A stretch of DNA of 64,000 nt from Bugula neritina (taxonomy: Eukaryota > Animalia > Bryozoa): the NCBI GenBank assembly GCA_964035545.1, contig OZ037767.1:30334628-30398627 (forward strand), written 5' to 3'. Below, piece by piece: positions 1 to 11,640 of the stretch. The translations under genes were made by a program, and so were the position numbers. The notes beneath the pieces were generated by a model that was not told the origin of the DNA, ran no database searches, and saw only the letters and a program-made list of their open reading frames with translations. The number at the start of each line of letters is the position of its first letter. The first letter of the stretch is position 1.

Positions 1-1200
1 TATTTTTTCCCAGAGTAGGTATCATTGCTTATATACTCACTTTGGTTTTCTGCAGTAAGTCAATATCATTGCTTATATACTTACTTTTTTAAACTCAATA
101 ATATGAGATAGATTTCTAGAGCTGTACAGTTTCGTAGTTTTTGTCATTGGGGTTACAAATATTTTTTGAACATTATGCTAATTTCAACACACAAAACTCT
201 TAAATGGATTATTCATAATTTTAAATACACAAGATTTTATATTAGCATTTTGGCTAACAGCTCAAACTTAAAAGATCACTATAAATTAAGTTTCCATTAT
301 CACTATGTACAAATTATATACAGTATTAAAAATAGTTTTTTTTCTGTCATAAAATGAAAGTTTGTAAGGTGTAGTGTGTTTATATTATAAATTGCTTGTT
401 TCTTCTAGCGGAAAAAAATTGTGAGTATAAACTCTTGAGCATGTTGAAATAATATAGTTATGTACGTCAAATAGTCATTCTCTGATATTACTATGGGGAG
501 TTTTTTGGCACCAAGGTTTAGTAGACAAGCTAAAACTTGTATTGCTAGTTGCAACCCATAACTTGTTGAGAAATAACGCATAACGCAGCCTCAGTCAGTT
601 GATCTAGCTCTATAAGAGAGTATGGTGCGGGTTTACATAGCCAACATCTCTCTCAGTGATGCTTATATTTGAGGGGGCTTGAAGAAGAGCCCTTTTTGCA
701 AACTGTAGTCTGAATCTAATTGCTGGAAACTAGGAAATTGTTACAATTTGATTGGTTTACACTCAACACGCCTATTAAGTTCAGTTGCTTTAGAATAGTA
801 AGGATAAAGCAGGCTATATATGTTTGTATAAGTTCTGTTCAATGTTCATATGTTTATTGTACTGTTATTTATATTTTCTCCAGCCAATTATGTGACACAG
901 CAAGTGAAATGGCTAATACAGTCTTAACAGATGAGAATCTACATTTTATAAACTTGTGTGTTTTGCTGATGACTTTGTTTCTAAAAAATCATTTCAAATG
1001 CTGTCATTAATCTAGTTTTTGGTCATATAGGTACAGTAACAGAGAAATTCTAATAGCCTAAATTCTTTAATTTCCATACTAAATGTCGGTTTGGAGTGCT
1101 GGTTGAAAGTCTCGCAAGAACATAACCATCACTGTACTTACCTCTTTCTTGTTAAACAATGCATTTCCTCTCTACTGCAAGTTCTCCTATGTGATTGTAG

Positions 1201-4200
1201 CTGTGTGCACGAGCAGTGTGAGATCATCTCAGCCGTGCTCTTTGGTCTGGGAGTCTGGGTTATATACGTGTTGGTGAGACGATACCTTCTCAGACTTCTC
1301 CTGATAAACCACTCGTGGATGTACGAGCCGTTCGGCAGAATCAGTTTGCCTAACAAGATATGGCTGGGTTTGGTGAAGTTCCTACAGGGTCGAGATCCCC
1401 TTCTGTATGGGTACCAGTCTGCCCTCCCCAAACTGCCCGTGCCTTCACTGCAAGGAACACATGATAGAGTAGGTTCTGTTTATAAAGCTAGGGTTTTGAT
1501 TACATTAGGATCTGTTTAGCTTGGAATATCTTAGGATTGGTGGCTGGGGGGGGGGGGGTGGCTAATGCCACTTGTTGAAGCCATTCTGGTTGAAAGATTC
1601 TACTAGTTCAGTAAATCTGAGTGAGAACAGTGCCACACCAGGAATGTTATGCAACTTAAAACTATCCCATCAAGCTACCAGTAACATTTATTGCAAAAAA
1701 TATATTTAAAAAAGCCCAGCTTTCAAATTTATAAGATTTCTTCGTTTTCTGAATGATAGTAATATTTATACGCATCACATTAGTGTATCTAGTGTATTTT
1801 CATACTCAGTTCATTGTATACATACACTGTGTCAGCAGTTGTTTTCCCTCTGTAAACTGATTCTCCTTCTCTAGTACCTCGAGTCTGTACGACCTCTCCT
1901 GGATGATGAAGAGTACAAGAAGATGTCACTGCTGGCTGGAGAGTTCGTTGGTGGTATTGGTAAGAAGCTGCAGAGATATTTGATCCTGAAGTCCTGGTGG
2001 GCCACCAACTATGTCACCGATTGGTGGGAGCAGTACGTCTACCTTCGTGGGAGGTCTCCCATCATGGTCAACTCCAACTACTACGGCATCGTAAGTCAGC
2101 ATATTTCCTTCATGAGTCATGTTAGTGTCTCCAGGCATCACCGTATGATATTACAGTGTCTCTTATTTGAACTTGAATTTCAAAACTGTGTATCTTGAAA
2201 CTTGTTGATTAATTTAGTAACTTTTTGGTAACACAGCTTTTATTCAAGCTTGCTATATATATACAGACATTTTAAAGTTGTTTTGTGGTAGCTTTGAATT
2301 TTTGTGGCTTATTCACTAACCAAACATCAGCCAAATGTGTGTGTTGCTCAACTTTATTGACCAACTAGCTACAGTAGTTTTTATAAATAATACTATACAT
2401 TGAATATTGATATTTACCCTGCTTTGAGGTTGGCTAAATTATAGTGAATAAGTCTATTATTGAATTGTATATAAAGTACACTCTATACCGTATAGTATAT
2501 ACTGTATAAGTATACAATGTATGATATGCAGTAAATCTCCTCCCATTTCCAGGATGCCATATTCCATTCAGACTCTACAATACAAGCTGCCAGAGCTGGT
2601 AACATTGTCTATGCATTTCTAGACTTTAAGGAAAAGATTGCCCATGAAACCGAAAAACCTGTAAGTGATTTGTTTGGCTCTCAGTTTATCTAGTCTAGTT
2701 TAGCCTGTGATACATTGTTTATGTTATCTCTTGTCATATCCTGGTTATCTGAATTTATAATGCAGATACTGTGTGTTAATGTAATTTGTCTAGACTAGCT
2801 ACATGTTCAGCATTCATACTAGTAGTGATAAGATATTAACATAGTAGTAATATATTAACATAGTACTAGTAGTGGCTGCTTCTTCGGTGTTTTCATTGCT
2901 TATTGAGTTTTACTGCGAAAATTTGTTCTCTTTCTTTTTCTTCTGCAGTAATAGCTATGTCATGGTATACATTACTATACATATAACACAGTAATACGCT
3001 ATGTCATGGTATATATTACTATACATATAACACAGTAATACACTATGTCATGGTATATATTACTATACACATAACACAGTAATACACTATGTCATGGTAT
3101 ATATTACTATACACATAACACAGTAATAGCTATGTCATGGTATATATTACTATACATATAACACAGTAATACACTATGTCATGGTATATGTTACTATACA
3201 CATAAAGCAGTAATATACTATGTCATGGTATATATTACTATACATATAACACAGTAATACACTATGCCATGGTATATGTTACTATACACATAAAGCAGTA
3301 ATATACTATGTCATGGTATATATTACTATTCACATAACACAGTAATACGCTATGTCATGGTATATATTACTATACACATAACACAGTAATATGCTATGTC
3401 ATGGTATATATTACTATTCACATAACACAGTAATACGCTATGTCATGGTATATATTACTATACACATAACACAGTAATACGCTATGTCATGGTATATATT
3501 ACTATACATATAACACAGTAATAGCTATGTCATGGTATATGTTACTATACATATAACACAGTAATACACTATGTCGTGGTATATATTACTATACATATAA
3601 CACAGTAATACACTATGTCATGGTATATGTTGCTATGCATATACATGTAGCACTAAGTAATTATGTATACATGTAAAGTAACGCAGTGGTTATAATCACT
3701 TCAGCTGATGATCATGAAGACTGTACCCCTTTGCTCTACACAATATGAAAGAATGTTTAATCTGACTCGAATACCAGGAGAAGAAACGGGTATGTGGGCA
3801 TTCTTATATTTTCACAACATTCTATTAGAGTCGTCTTCTCATGTATTTCATCATCTTTCCTTGTTCTATGTGTGACAGCACTGATGTCTACAGACTTGAG
3901 AATCCACCAATTAAGTCAGCAAACTCAAATAGTTTTTGAGTCGGCTGTTGTTATTGGCTGTTGGTAGAAGCCAGCCTTGCGCCAAACGATGTATCAGTTG
4001 TATAATGTTGTAGATTCTTTGAGCCAGTCAAAAGGTGTTAACTACATCGTCGTGTACCACAAAGGGAGATATTTCAAGTTATACACTCACAGCAATGGTG
4101 CTATTCTCGCACCAAGAAGTCTTCAATAGTACGTACACTCTCTGTATGCTAATATACACCTTGTATGCTAATATTACACTCCCTGTATGCTAATATTACA

Positions 4201-7200
4201 CTCCCTGTATGCTAATATTATACACCTTGTATGCTAGTATTATACTCTCTGTATGCTAGTATTACACTCCCTGTATGCTAATATTATACACCTTGTATGC
4301 TAATATTATACACCTTGTATGCTAATATTACACTCCCTGTATGCTAATATTATACACCTTGTATGCTAATATTACACTTCCTGTGGGCTAGTATTGCTTT
4401 ACTGCTGTGTTGTACATACTCATATATACCATGTAGTCACAGAGGTGACAACACTCAGTGAACTGCTTACTCTCATAACATACAGTTGTGAATGGTCTGA
4501 TTTTGTAGCCTTTTCCAACAAATCTTGAATGATCGAAGTGTGCCTTGCAAAGGGGAAGAGAAGCTGGCTGCCCTCACCGCTGGTGAACGTATCCCGTGGG
4601 CTAAGGCTAGAAAAAGGTTCTTCAAAACTGGACTCAATGCTCAGTCTCTGCAGACAATAGAGAAAGCATCGTTTGTGCTCTGCTTGGATGAAGAGGATCA
4701 CTGCTATGACCCCGTGAGTGTCGTGTAGACCTACCCTCTCTGTGTATCCTCTCTCTACCCTCTCTGTGTATCCTCTCTCTACCCTCTCTGTGTATCCTCT
4801 CTGTATACCCTCTCTGTGTATCCTCTCTCTACCCTCTCTGTGTATCCTCTCTCTACCCTCTCTGTGTATCCTCTCTCTACCCTCTCTGTATTTTCTCTCT
4901 GTACCTTCTCTGTATATCCTCTCTGTATACCCTCTCTGTGTATCCTCTCTATATCCTCTCTGTATATCCTCTCTCTACCCTCTCTGTATACCCTCTCTTT
5001 ATCCTTTTCATGCTGCAGCTCCATAGTATTGATAGACTCATCATTTCTCAAAAACTGTCCAACAGAAATAAAATGGCTAAGTTTTTGATCTCTAGTTTTC
5101 TTCCTTTTAATATAACTATCATGTCATAGAAACAAGCTATACAAATCATTAAACTAGTTTACTATTCACTACTATTAACTGCGGAAATGCCATCAGATAG
5201 TTAACTACATAGAAAGTAATTCTATGAAATGTTTAAAGCAGACAACTCCAAAGTAGGTTTATTTCATGTATTTCAGGCTCACCCGGAAAAGCTAAATAAC
5301 TTTGCTAGAGCCATGCTTCATGGAAAGTGCTATGATAGGTGGTTTGATAAGAGCTTCAACCTGGTTGTCACAGCAAACGGGAGAGTAGGTTTCAATGCTG
5401 AACATTCATGGTAGGTTTTATCTACAGACTCATTAGCTTAGTGCACTCGTACTGTGAGTTTATATCGCAATAGTATTATTGTTTTTATATTTTATTATAT
5501 TTTGATAAGTAATTGTACTCTCTCACCTGCTAGTGAGCACCAGGTGAAGCCTGTGGCCCAACGAAGCCTTAGAGTCATTATCTGCATGATTTGAAATTCA
5601 CTCCCACCCCATCCATTAGTAGAGTTATGTTTTCTCTAGAAGCTGGCACGTAGTTTATGGCTGTATCGTTTAGCCACCTTTTGGAATATGAACCAACTCT
5701 TTTATATTATTTACAATTATTTGCTGTAATATCTTGATGATTTTACTTACACTTGCCATGTGACCAGGCAGAGGTGGTGGTGCTTGGTCACATGTTGCTG
5801 CCATACCACACTACATTTGCAAGTGCTAGATTACCTATTAGACATTTTTAGACATGTTTAGGCATGGTTAGGCGTTTTCAAACATGTTCAGGCATGTTTA
5901 GACATGTTCAGGCGTGTTGGTGTATGCTCACAGGGCAGACGCTCCAATCATGTCTCAGCAATGGGAGTATTCGTTTTGGGCCGACCACTCAGTGCTGGGG
6001 TAAGAGCTGTTTGGAGAGAGTGACGGGTGTATAGTTTAGCTCAGTTTCTCTACTCACTCCCAACTCTGGCTTGTCTTAGTTTGATGCATGTCACTAATGT
6101 TGCTAAGGCTAATTTTCTTTTACAGTAGCTTTATGGTTAATACCTGTTTCAGCCTTGTTTAAAATGGTAAACATGTCTCTGAACACATCTATGGTGACAT
6201 CTAATTAGCCTAAGTTTTTCTGTATCAAGTAGTGATAATTACGAGGGATAGAAATTGAGTTCAAACTTTTAGACTTCAATTTGTTTATTTTCACATCGAT
6301 TGCGGCCTGTGGGCTCAAAATATCTGTTAGTACCCAGTAGCAATCTTTTGATTAATACTTTTCCACCCGGGATATTGAGTTGAACAATTTAACAAAATTG
6401 TCTCCCCTACTGTTGCTGCAGATTTCACCATAGCATGTGTTCCATTTGTGATTTTATTCTTCCTCTGTTTTATTGATTCCTTATTTCACCAATATAGGGC
6501 CGACGCGCCAATCGTCTCCCGAATAGGCGAATACGCTCGTTTCTACGAGTTTACCAACAAGTGAATATAGACTCTCGTAGTTCATGTGTTGTACTCATTT
6601 CATCCTGTTAGTTGTTGTTGATGTTTTCAAAAATACTTTTTTCTATCAACTTATCAACAAATTAGAAACCATTACATTTTAAATAGACAAAATCATTTAA
6701 TATGCGACAATAATTATATATTTTATCAAAACTGTTTTCTGAAATTTAGTCCTAATACTAGCTGCTGCTGCTATAATTATAGGCTACAACTGCTATTTGC
6801 TTCTGTAACAGCATGCTTGTCATTTATTGCACTTTTTTTCTGAGAACGTAGCGTTGTGGGTAGCACCACCGTAACATGCTTTAGTTTTCAGTGCTAAACA
6901 AGACTCTATTGCTGCACATACTTCTCTAGCAACTACCCCATTGTGGGCCTTAACTTGCTGGTTGCCTAAGGATTTATTTAGTAGTGGTTTTCACTCACAG
7001 ATTTGGTCAGTGTTAGTATATTCTAAGTTTTTTCTGTTGAAAAGAGAGTATTTTATTTTTCAAAAACCCTGCAGACTTGAATACTGCTTAGTTTAATTTG
7101 CATCACATCCTGTTTCCACAGATACACAGAAGACGGGAATTGTAAAGGGGAGGTTGCAGATGACCTTTTCCCTCCAATCAGAATGCAGTGGAATATTCCA

Positions 7201-9255
7201 GAAGAATGTGAGCAGATCATTGAAGCTAGCTTGAGAACAGCTCAGGCTATAGCTAATGATGTTGACATTCATCTTGAGGTGAGGCTTTCGTTTGCAGCCC
7301 CCTCTTGCTGTTGTCTGACATAGCATGGCAGGTGATATGACATGTGACACATAGTGTGTGACATTGTGTCACAAGACATGTGACACATAATGTGAGATGA
7401 GATGTGACACATGCGATATAGTTTGGGACATGTTATGAGAAATGCCGCAATTATTTAAAATGATTCAATCTTGTATTCAACAGCCTATCCTATGTGCCTT
7501 GCTATGTATTGCAGCCTATACAAGGGTTTGGAAAAGGTGTGATGAAGAAATGCAAGATTAGTCCAGATGCCTTCATTCAACTGTCACTCCAGTTGGCCTA
7601 TTTCAGGGCAAGTATATCTGCTTTCTAAATTTGATGACTCTACATGTCTAGATTGAGCTGGTTATATGTTCCATTCTATATCTCATGCATCTATAGAATG
7701 GCTGAGCTATCAGTCTTTTATAAATGTTGCCTGCTGTATCTTGATTTGCTTTTTTTCTCTTGACTTACCTTTAGCCATTCTTGACTTACCTTTATTCACT
7801 CTTTACTTATCTTCATTTGCTCTTTACTTACTTTTATTCACTCTGAGTCATTGTAGTAATCGTAATCTGGTGTTCTCAATGGTTGTGGTGTTTCATAGGA
7901 TGCAGGTAAGTTCTGTTTAACCTACGAGGCCTCCATGACTCGGCTGTTTAGAGAAGGAAGGACAGAGACCGTGAGATCTTGCACCGTAGAAGCTAGCAAC
8001 TTTGTAAGAGCCATGGAGAGTGGTGATCACTCCGTAAGTCATACAACTTTCAGAATATTCTAACTGATGTATCATTAGAAGCGTTACCTAGATACCACAG
8101 GAGTGTTTTTGGTTCTGTCTGTCTTATGACAACTTTTCGTGCAGACGTTGCATTTCAGCCAATCAGATTGGACTTGTATATGCTGGAAGTGTTATACTAG
8201 CCAATGGTGTAGAACTCAGGTTGTGGTTTGATTAATGTTAACAGAAAGAGGAGCTGAGGAAGTTACTGAACATAGCCTGTGAGAAACACCAGAAAGGGTA
8301 CAAAGACGCCATGACAGGGAAGGGGATAGACAGACATCTCTTCTGTCTCTACGTCGTGTCCAAGTACTTGGGAATTGAGTCACCGTTTCTCCAGAAGGTT
8401 CTCAGTGAGCCCTGGAGACTTAGCACCAGCCAGGTTGGTTGTAGGGTGTGCTGTCAGAGGCAGCGGAAATAGTTGTGGCAGCAGTAGTAATAGTAGAAGT
8501 ACCAGCTATAGTGGTAGTAGTAGTAGTAGAAGTACCAGCTATAGTGGTAGTTGTAGTAGTAATAGTAGAAGTACCAGCTATAGTGGTAGTTGTAGTAGTA
8601 ATAGTAGAAGTACCAGCTGTAGTGGTAGTTGTAGTAGTAGTAGAAGTACCAGCTATAGTGGTAGTTGTAGTAGTAATAGTAGAAGTACCAGCTATAGTGG
8701 TAGTTGTAGTTGTAGTAGTAATAGTAGTAGTAGATGTATATCTCCAGCGTTGTTACACCTCCCCCCCCCTTCTCTCCTTTCAGACGCCTCACTCTCAGAT
8801 GAATCTTGTTGACGTCGCGGCTCATCCAGAGCTGGTGTGTGCCGGCGGAGGGTTTGGTCCCGTCTCTGACGATGGCTACGGCGTGTCATACATTGTAGCC
8901 GGCGAGAATACTCTCTTTTTCCACATCTCTTCTAAAATCTCCTGTCCAACTACTGTAAGTGTATATTCCTCTGTTAGGTCTCACTGCCTGTATGTGTGGT
9001 AATATATGACTAGTAGTTTGTAATATATGACTAGTTACTAGTAATATGTATGACTAATAACTTGTAGTATATTGCTAAGGCTTCTGTAGTACTGACTGTA
9101 CATGTATTGCATCTTGGAGTAATATATATTATTTGTAATATATATTATTCATAATATATTACTACTAGATTTTACTCGTTTTTTAGAACTCCAAACGGTT
9201 CTCAGAAAGAATTCTTCAGGCCATGAAAGATCTTCAAAGCTTGTTTGAATCATAA
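1201..9255 (+). CDS. CPT1: Carnitine O-palmitoyltransferase 1 (5' exons upstream of the window). Exons: 1201-1468, 1875-2090, 2553-2660, 3705-3789, 4014-4128, 4509-4713, 5277-5410, [5934-5999 or 6498-6560], 7122-7278, 7515-7607, 7899-8033, 8245-8433, 8784-8954, 9187-9255
   Basis: Spliced translation gives carnitine acyltransferase motifs [45 protein letters not shown], catalytic [62 protein letters not shown]. Junction phases agree; stop TAA 9253-9255. Confidence 0.96.
2946..3635. repeat. Intronic minisatellite, ~44-bp unit, ~15-16 copies
   Basis: Tandem CAGTAATACACTATGTCATGGTATATATTACTATACAYATAACA. Confidence 0.95.
4134..4395. repeat. Intronic minisatellite, ~22-23-bp unit
   Basis: Tandem TGTATGCTAATATTA(TA)CACTCC-like units. 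Confidence 0.9.
4730..4997. repeat. Intronic pyrimidine-rich minisatellite, ~24-bp unit
   Basis: Tandem CTACCCTCTCTGTGTATCCTCTCT; accounts for the spurious ORFs at 4718-5129. Confidence 0.92.
5934..5999 (+). CDS. CPT1: CPT1 alternative exon A (66 nt; [22 protein letters not shown])
   Basis: cacag|G acceptor and GG|gtaaga donor; phase 2/2 fits the flanking exons; continues EHSW into ADAP. Confidence 0.88.
6498..6560 (+). CDS. CPT1: CPT1 alternative exon B (63 nt; [21 protein letters not shown])
   Basis: atatag|G acceptor and AA|gtgaat donor; same phase as exon A; homologous peptide (ADAPI..S...EY). Confidence 0.82.
8470..8735. repeat. Intronic GTA-rich minisatellite, ~33-39-bp unit
   Basis: Tandem AGAAGTACCAGCTATAGTGGTAGTTGTAGTAGTAATAGT inside CPT1 intron 8434-8783. 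Confidence 0.92.
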
Positions 9256-11640
9256 ACAGAAGTTACAAGAAATAGGAATTTAAAGTTTCTAGAAGCATGC
9301 TGTTATTTACAGTGATGGGTTTTTACTGTCCTCCCATTTCTTTGATTGCTTCAGTTTCTATATTAGTTTCTATAGAGTATGGTGTATTGCTGGAACCCGC
9401 TGCTAAATAGGCACCATTATAATATATTTGTCAATTGGCACTATTTTTCACACAGCTGCTGATATTTGATATAAACCAAATGGCAGGTTTTTCTTGCCAT
9501 CACTTTTGTGAAAATAATATATTAGCACATACAGCGTGCATTTACAAGTTAAGTTTACAAGAAAATTTATGACTACAGGCAATCATTAGCTCTCATGTTG
9601 CTTCAGAATACTGTTGTATGTTTTGCCATTCCTATTTACACTACAAACTGTTCCTTCTCAGTTTCCATCTGAATATGTACAGCATAAAAGCTCACAATTC
9701 TCAATCACCATCTGGTACTCTATTCTGATTTGATATTTTAGAATTTCTGATGAACAAATACTTGGCTTATATAATAGAATTAAGGTTCTTTTAAGTTTTT
9801 TTTTCGGTATTTTATTTGTGTAAAATAATTTCCTTCAACTATTTTTCCTACGCATTTCATCATGGATAACATACTGATTATAATGGCTGTTTTTAAAGTC
9901 AGTGTACACAGCTGGTGTGTATTAAACTGATATGATTTTTATTACTAATCATTTTTTGCTGTGAAGTTTAAATAAAATAAGCAAGAGAAGCATAATTATT
10001 GTAATTTTTATCTACTCTGTCAGTAATGATGAAATAAAACTGACATTAGGTTGGGTATAACTGTTTTTATTTCTGTATTATTAAAGCTAATAAGCTCAAT
10101 ATTTAGAAATATTGAGAAAAGCATTCTAGTTAGGACATTGAAACAGTTGAGAAGTTAACCTCAGCAATTAGTATCAAAGAAACTCATCTTAAAGACAAGC
10201 ACCTGTTGGTTCCAACTTGTATAGACCTGCTTTTACTTATATCTTCAGAAGTATAAAATATATACGGTCTTTATATTATATAAGTGAAACCTTCATCAGT
10301 TGAATTTTACTATAAGGTGTAATTTACAAACCTATCGAGGTGTAATCTGCATAGACTATAGGTTATCATACTTGTCTGTGACTATAGACAATGATGACAC
10401 TAATGCTCAATAAAGGTGCTAGCTAAATATTTGCACAGCTCAAGCTTGTAATGGTTTTAAAATGTTTTATTCTTTAGTTTTCTGCTTAAGACAAATCTAA
10501 TACCATGCAAGTCTGATTAAAAAATTAATAATTTACTCCCATGTCACCTGTAACTCTTTTGTATACATGTTGCTATGGTTGCAACATTATAGTATATTCT
10601 TGCAATATTGGTTCAGCTTTAAAGCCTTTTCACACTCTCCATACAAAAATAATGTACTGATTGAAAACACTGTTGTTATATATCACCACATCATTGAAGT
10701 TATCCCCTTTACAACGGCTGTATCTAATGATACCTTGAGATTACATGAGCCTATCTTCATTTCATTTCAACTGATCCTTAAATTTCTCTCCCGCAAAATC
10801 TAGTAATCAAAATGAAACCCCTTTATCTGAAGGCTCTAGAAAAAAAGGTGCAAAAGCACAGCAGTTTAAGGAGAAAAAATATTATCTAAATTTACAAATA
10901 TAAGTCAATGGTGGTGCACAAAAGCTATAAATATGCACAGAAACGTTAGCTTGAGTTTGAATTATTGGTTTGAAGAGTGCGTTAGCTTAGTGAGAAGGCA
11001 ACTTCTCCAACTGCTCAAATTAGCACCCCTATCATAAAACAACTCTTTGGCATCCATTTTAAGTTTTATAGTCTGTTTCTTAGCATCACACGGTTGACAA
11101 TATTTGTGTGTGCAGCAAATAATATATAATATAAACAAGTAATATAGTTACTAACAATAGCAGGTTAAAAGTGTATTATGATTTAAAGCTTTGAGCATGC
11201 ATACTACAACAGCTTACCAGAAAAAGCTTTTAGTGCAACATAAAAATGTTTTAATACGAAATATTGTTTCTATAATGTTATAGTATCTGCCTGCATGCTA
11301 ATGACTTCTAATTACTATATTAAATTTCTATTAAAATTATTATGTAATATAGGTATAATAATTATTATGAGACTGAATAAGAGACAGTATAGAGCTTGAG
11401 TGATAATAAAATCTGATTCAAATCTATGCATTCGATCAGCCTCATATCTTGCGAAGCACAGCTTTTTCTAAGCTTATCGATTTAATTTAAAAGGCAATAC
11501 AAAAATTGATTTTCCCAGAAGCCTATTGAGACTTATTAGTCACAATGTGAGTGGAGGACTTGAGGAGAAGTCATTCTTTGCTTCAGCCTTATTCACTGGA
11601 ACTGACATGTGACTGTACTGAGTAAAACACTCATCTTGAA

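Noticed and set aside
1545-1558. Poly-G run as a G-quadruplex element
   Set aside because: Isolated homopolymer of uncertain length, no other support.
2946-3635. Regular repeat array resembling CRISPR
   Set aside because: No unique spacers, no cas genes, eukaryotic intron.
4718-5129. Repetitive ORFs ([16 protein letters not shown])
   Set aside because: Products of the 24-bp intronic repeat.
5655-5695. Possible third CPT1 alternative exon (SHLLEY resembles AHLWEY)
   Set aside because: No ADAP, in-frame stop just upstream and no phase-compatible splice sites; chance or an unrecoverable relic.
8375-9002. Ser-, Val- and Tyr-rich ORFs
   Set aside because: Translations of an intronic minisatellite; only 8784-8954 (and the exon ending 8433) is CPT1 coding.
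10258-10300. Hammerhead-like CTGATGA plus stem on the minus strand (similar site near 56852 on plus)
   Set aside because: Required GAAA core is missing and stems I/III cannot be formed.
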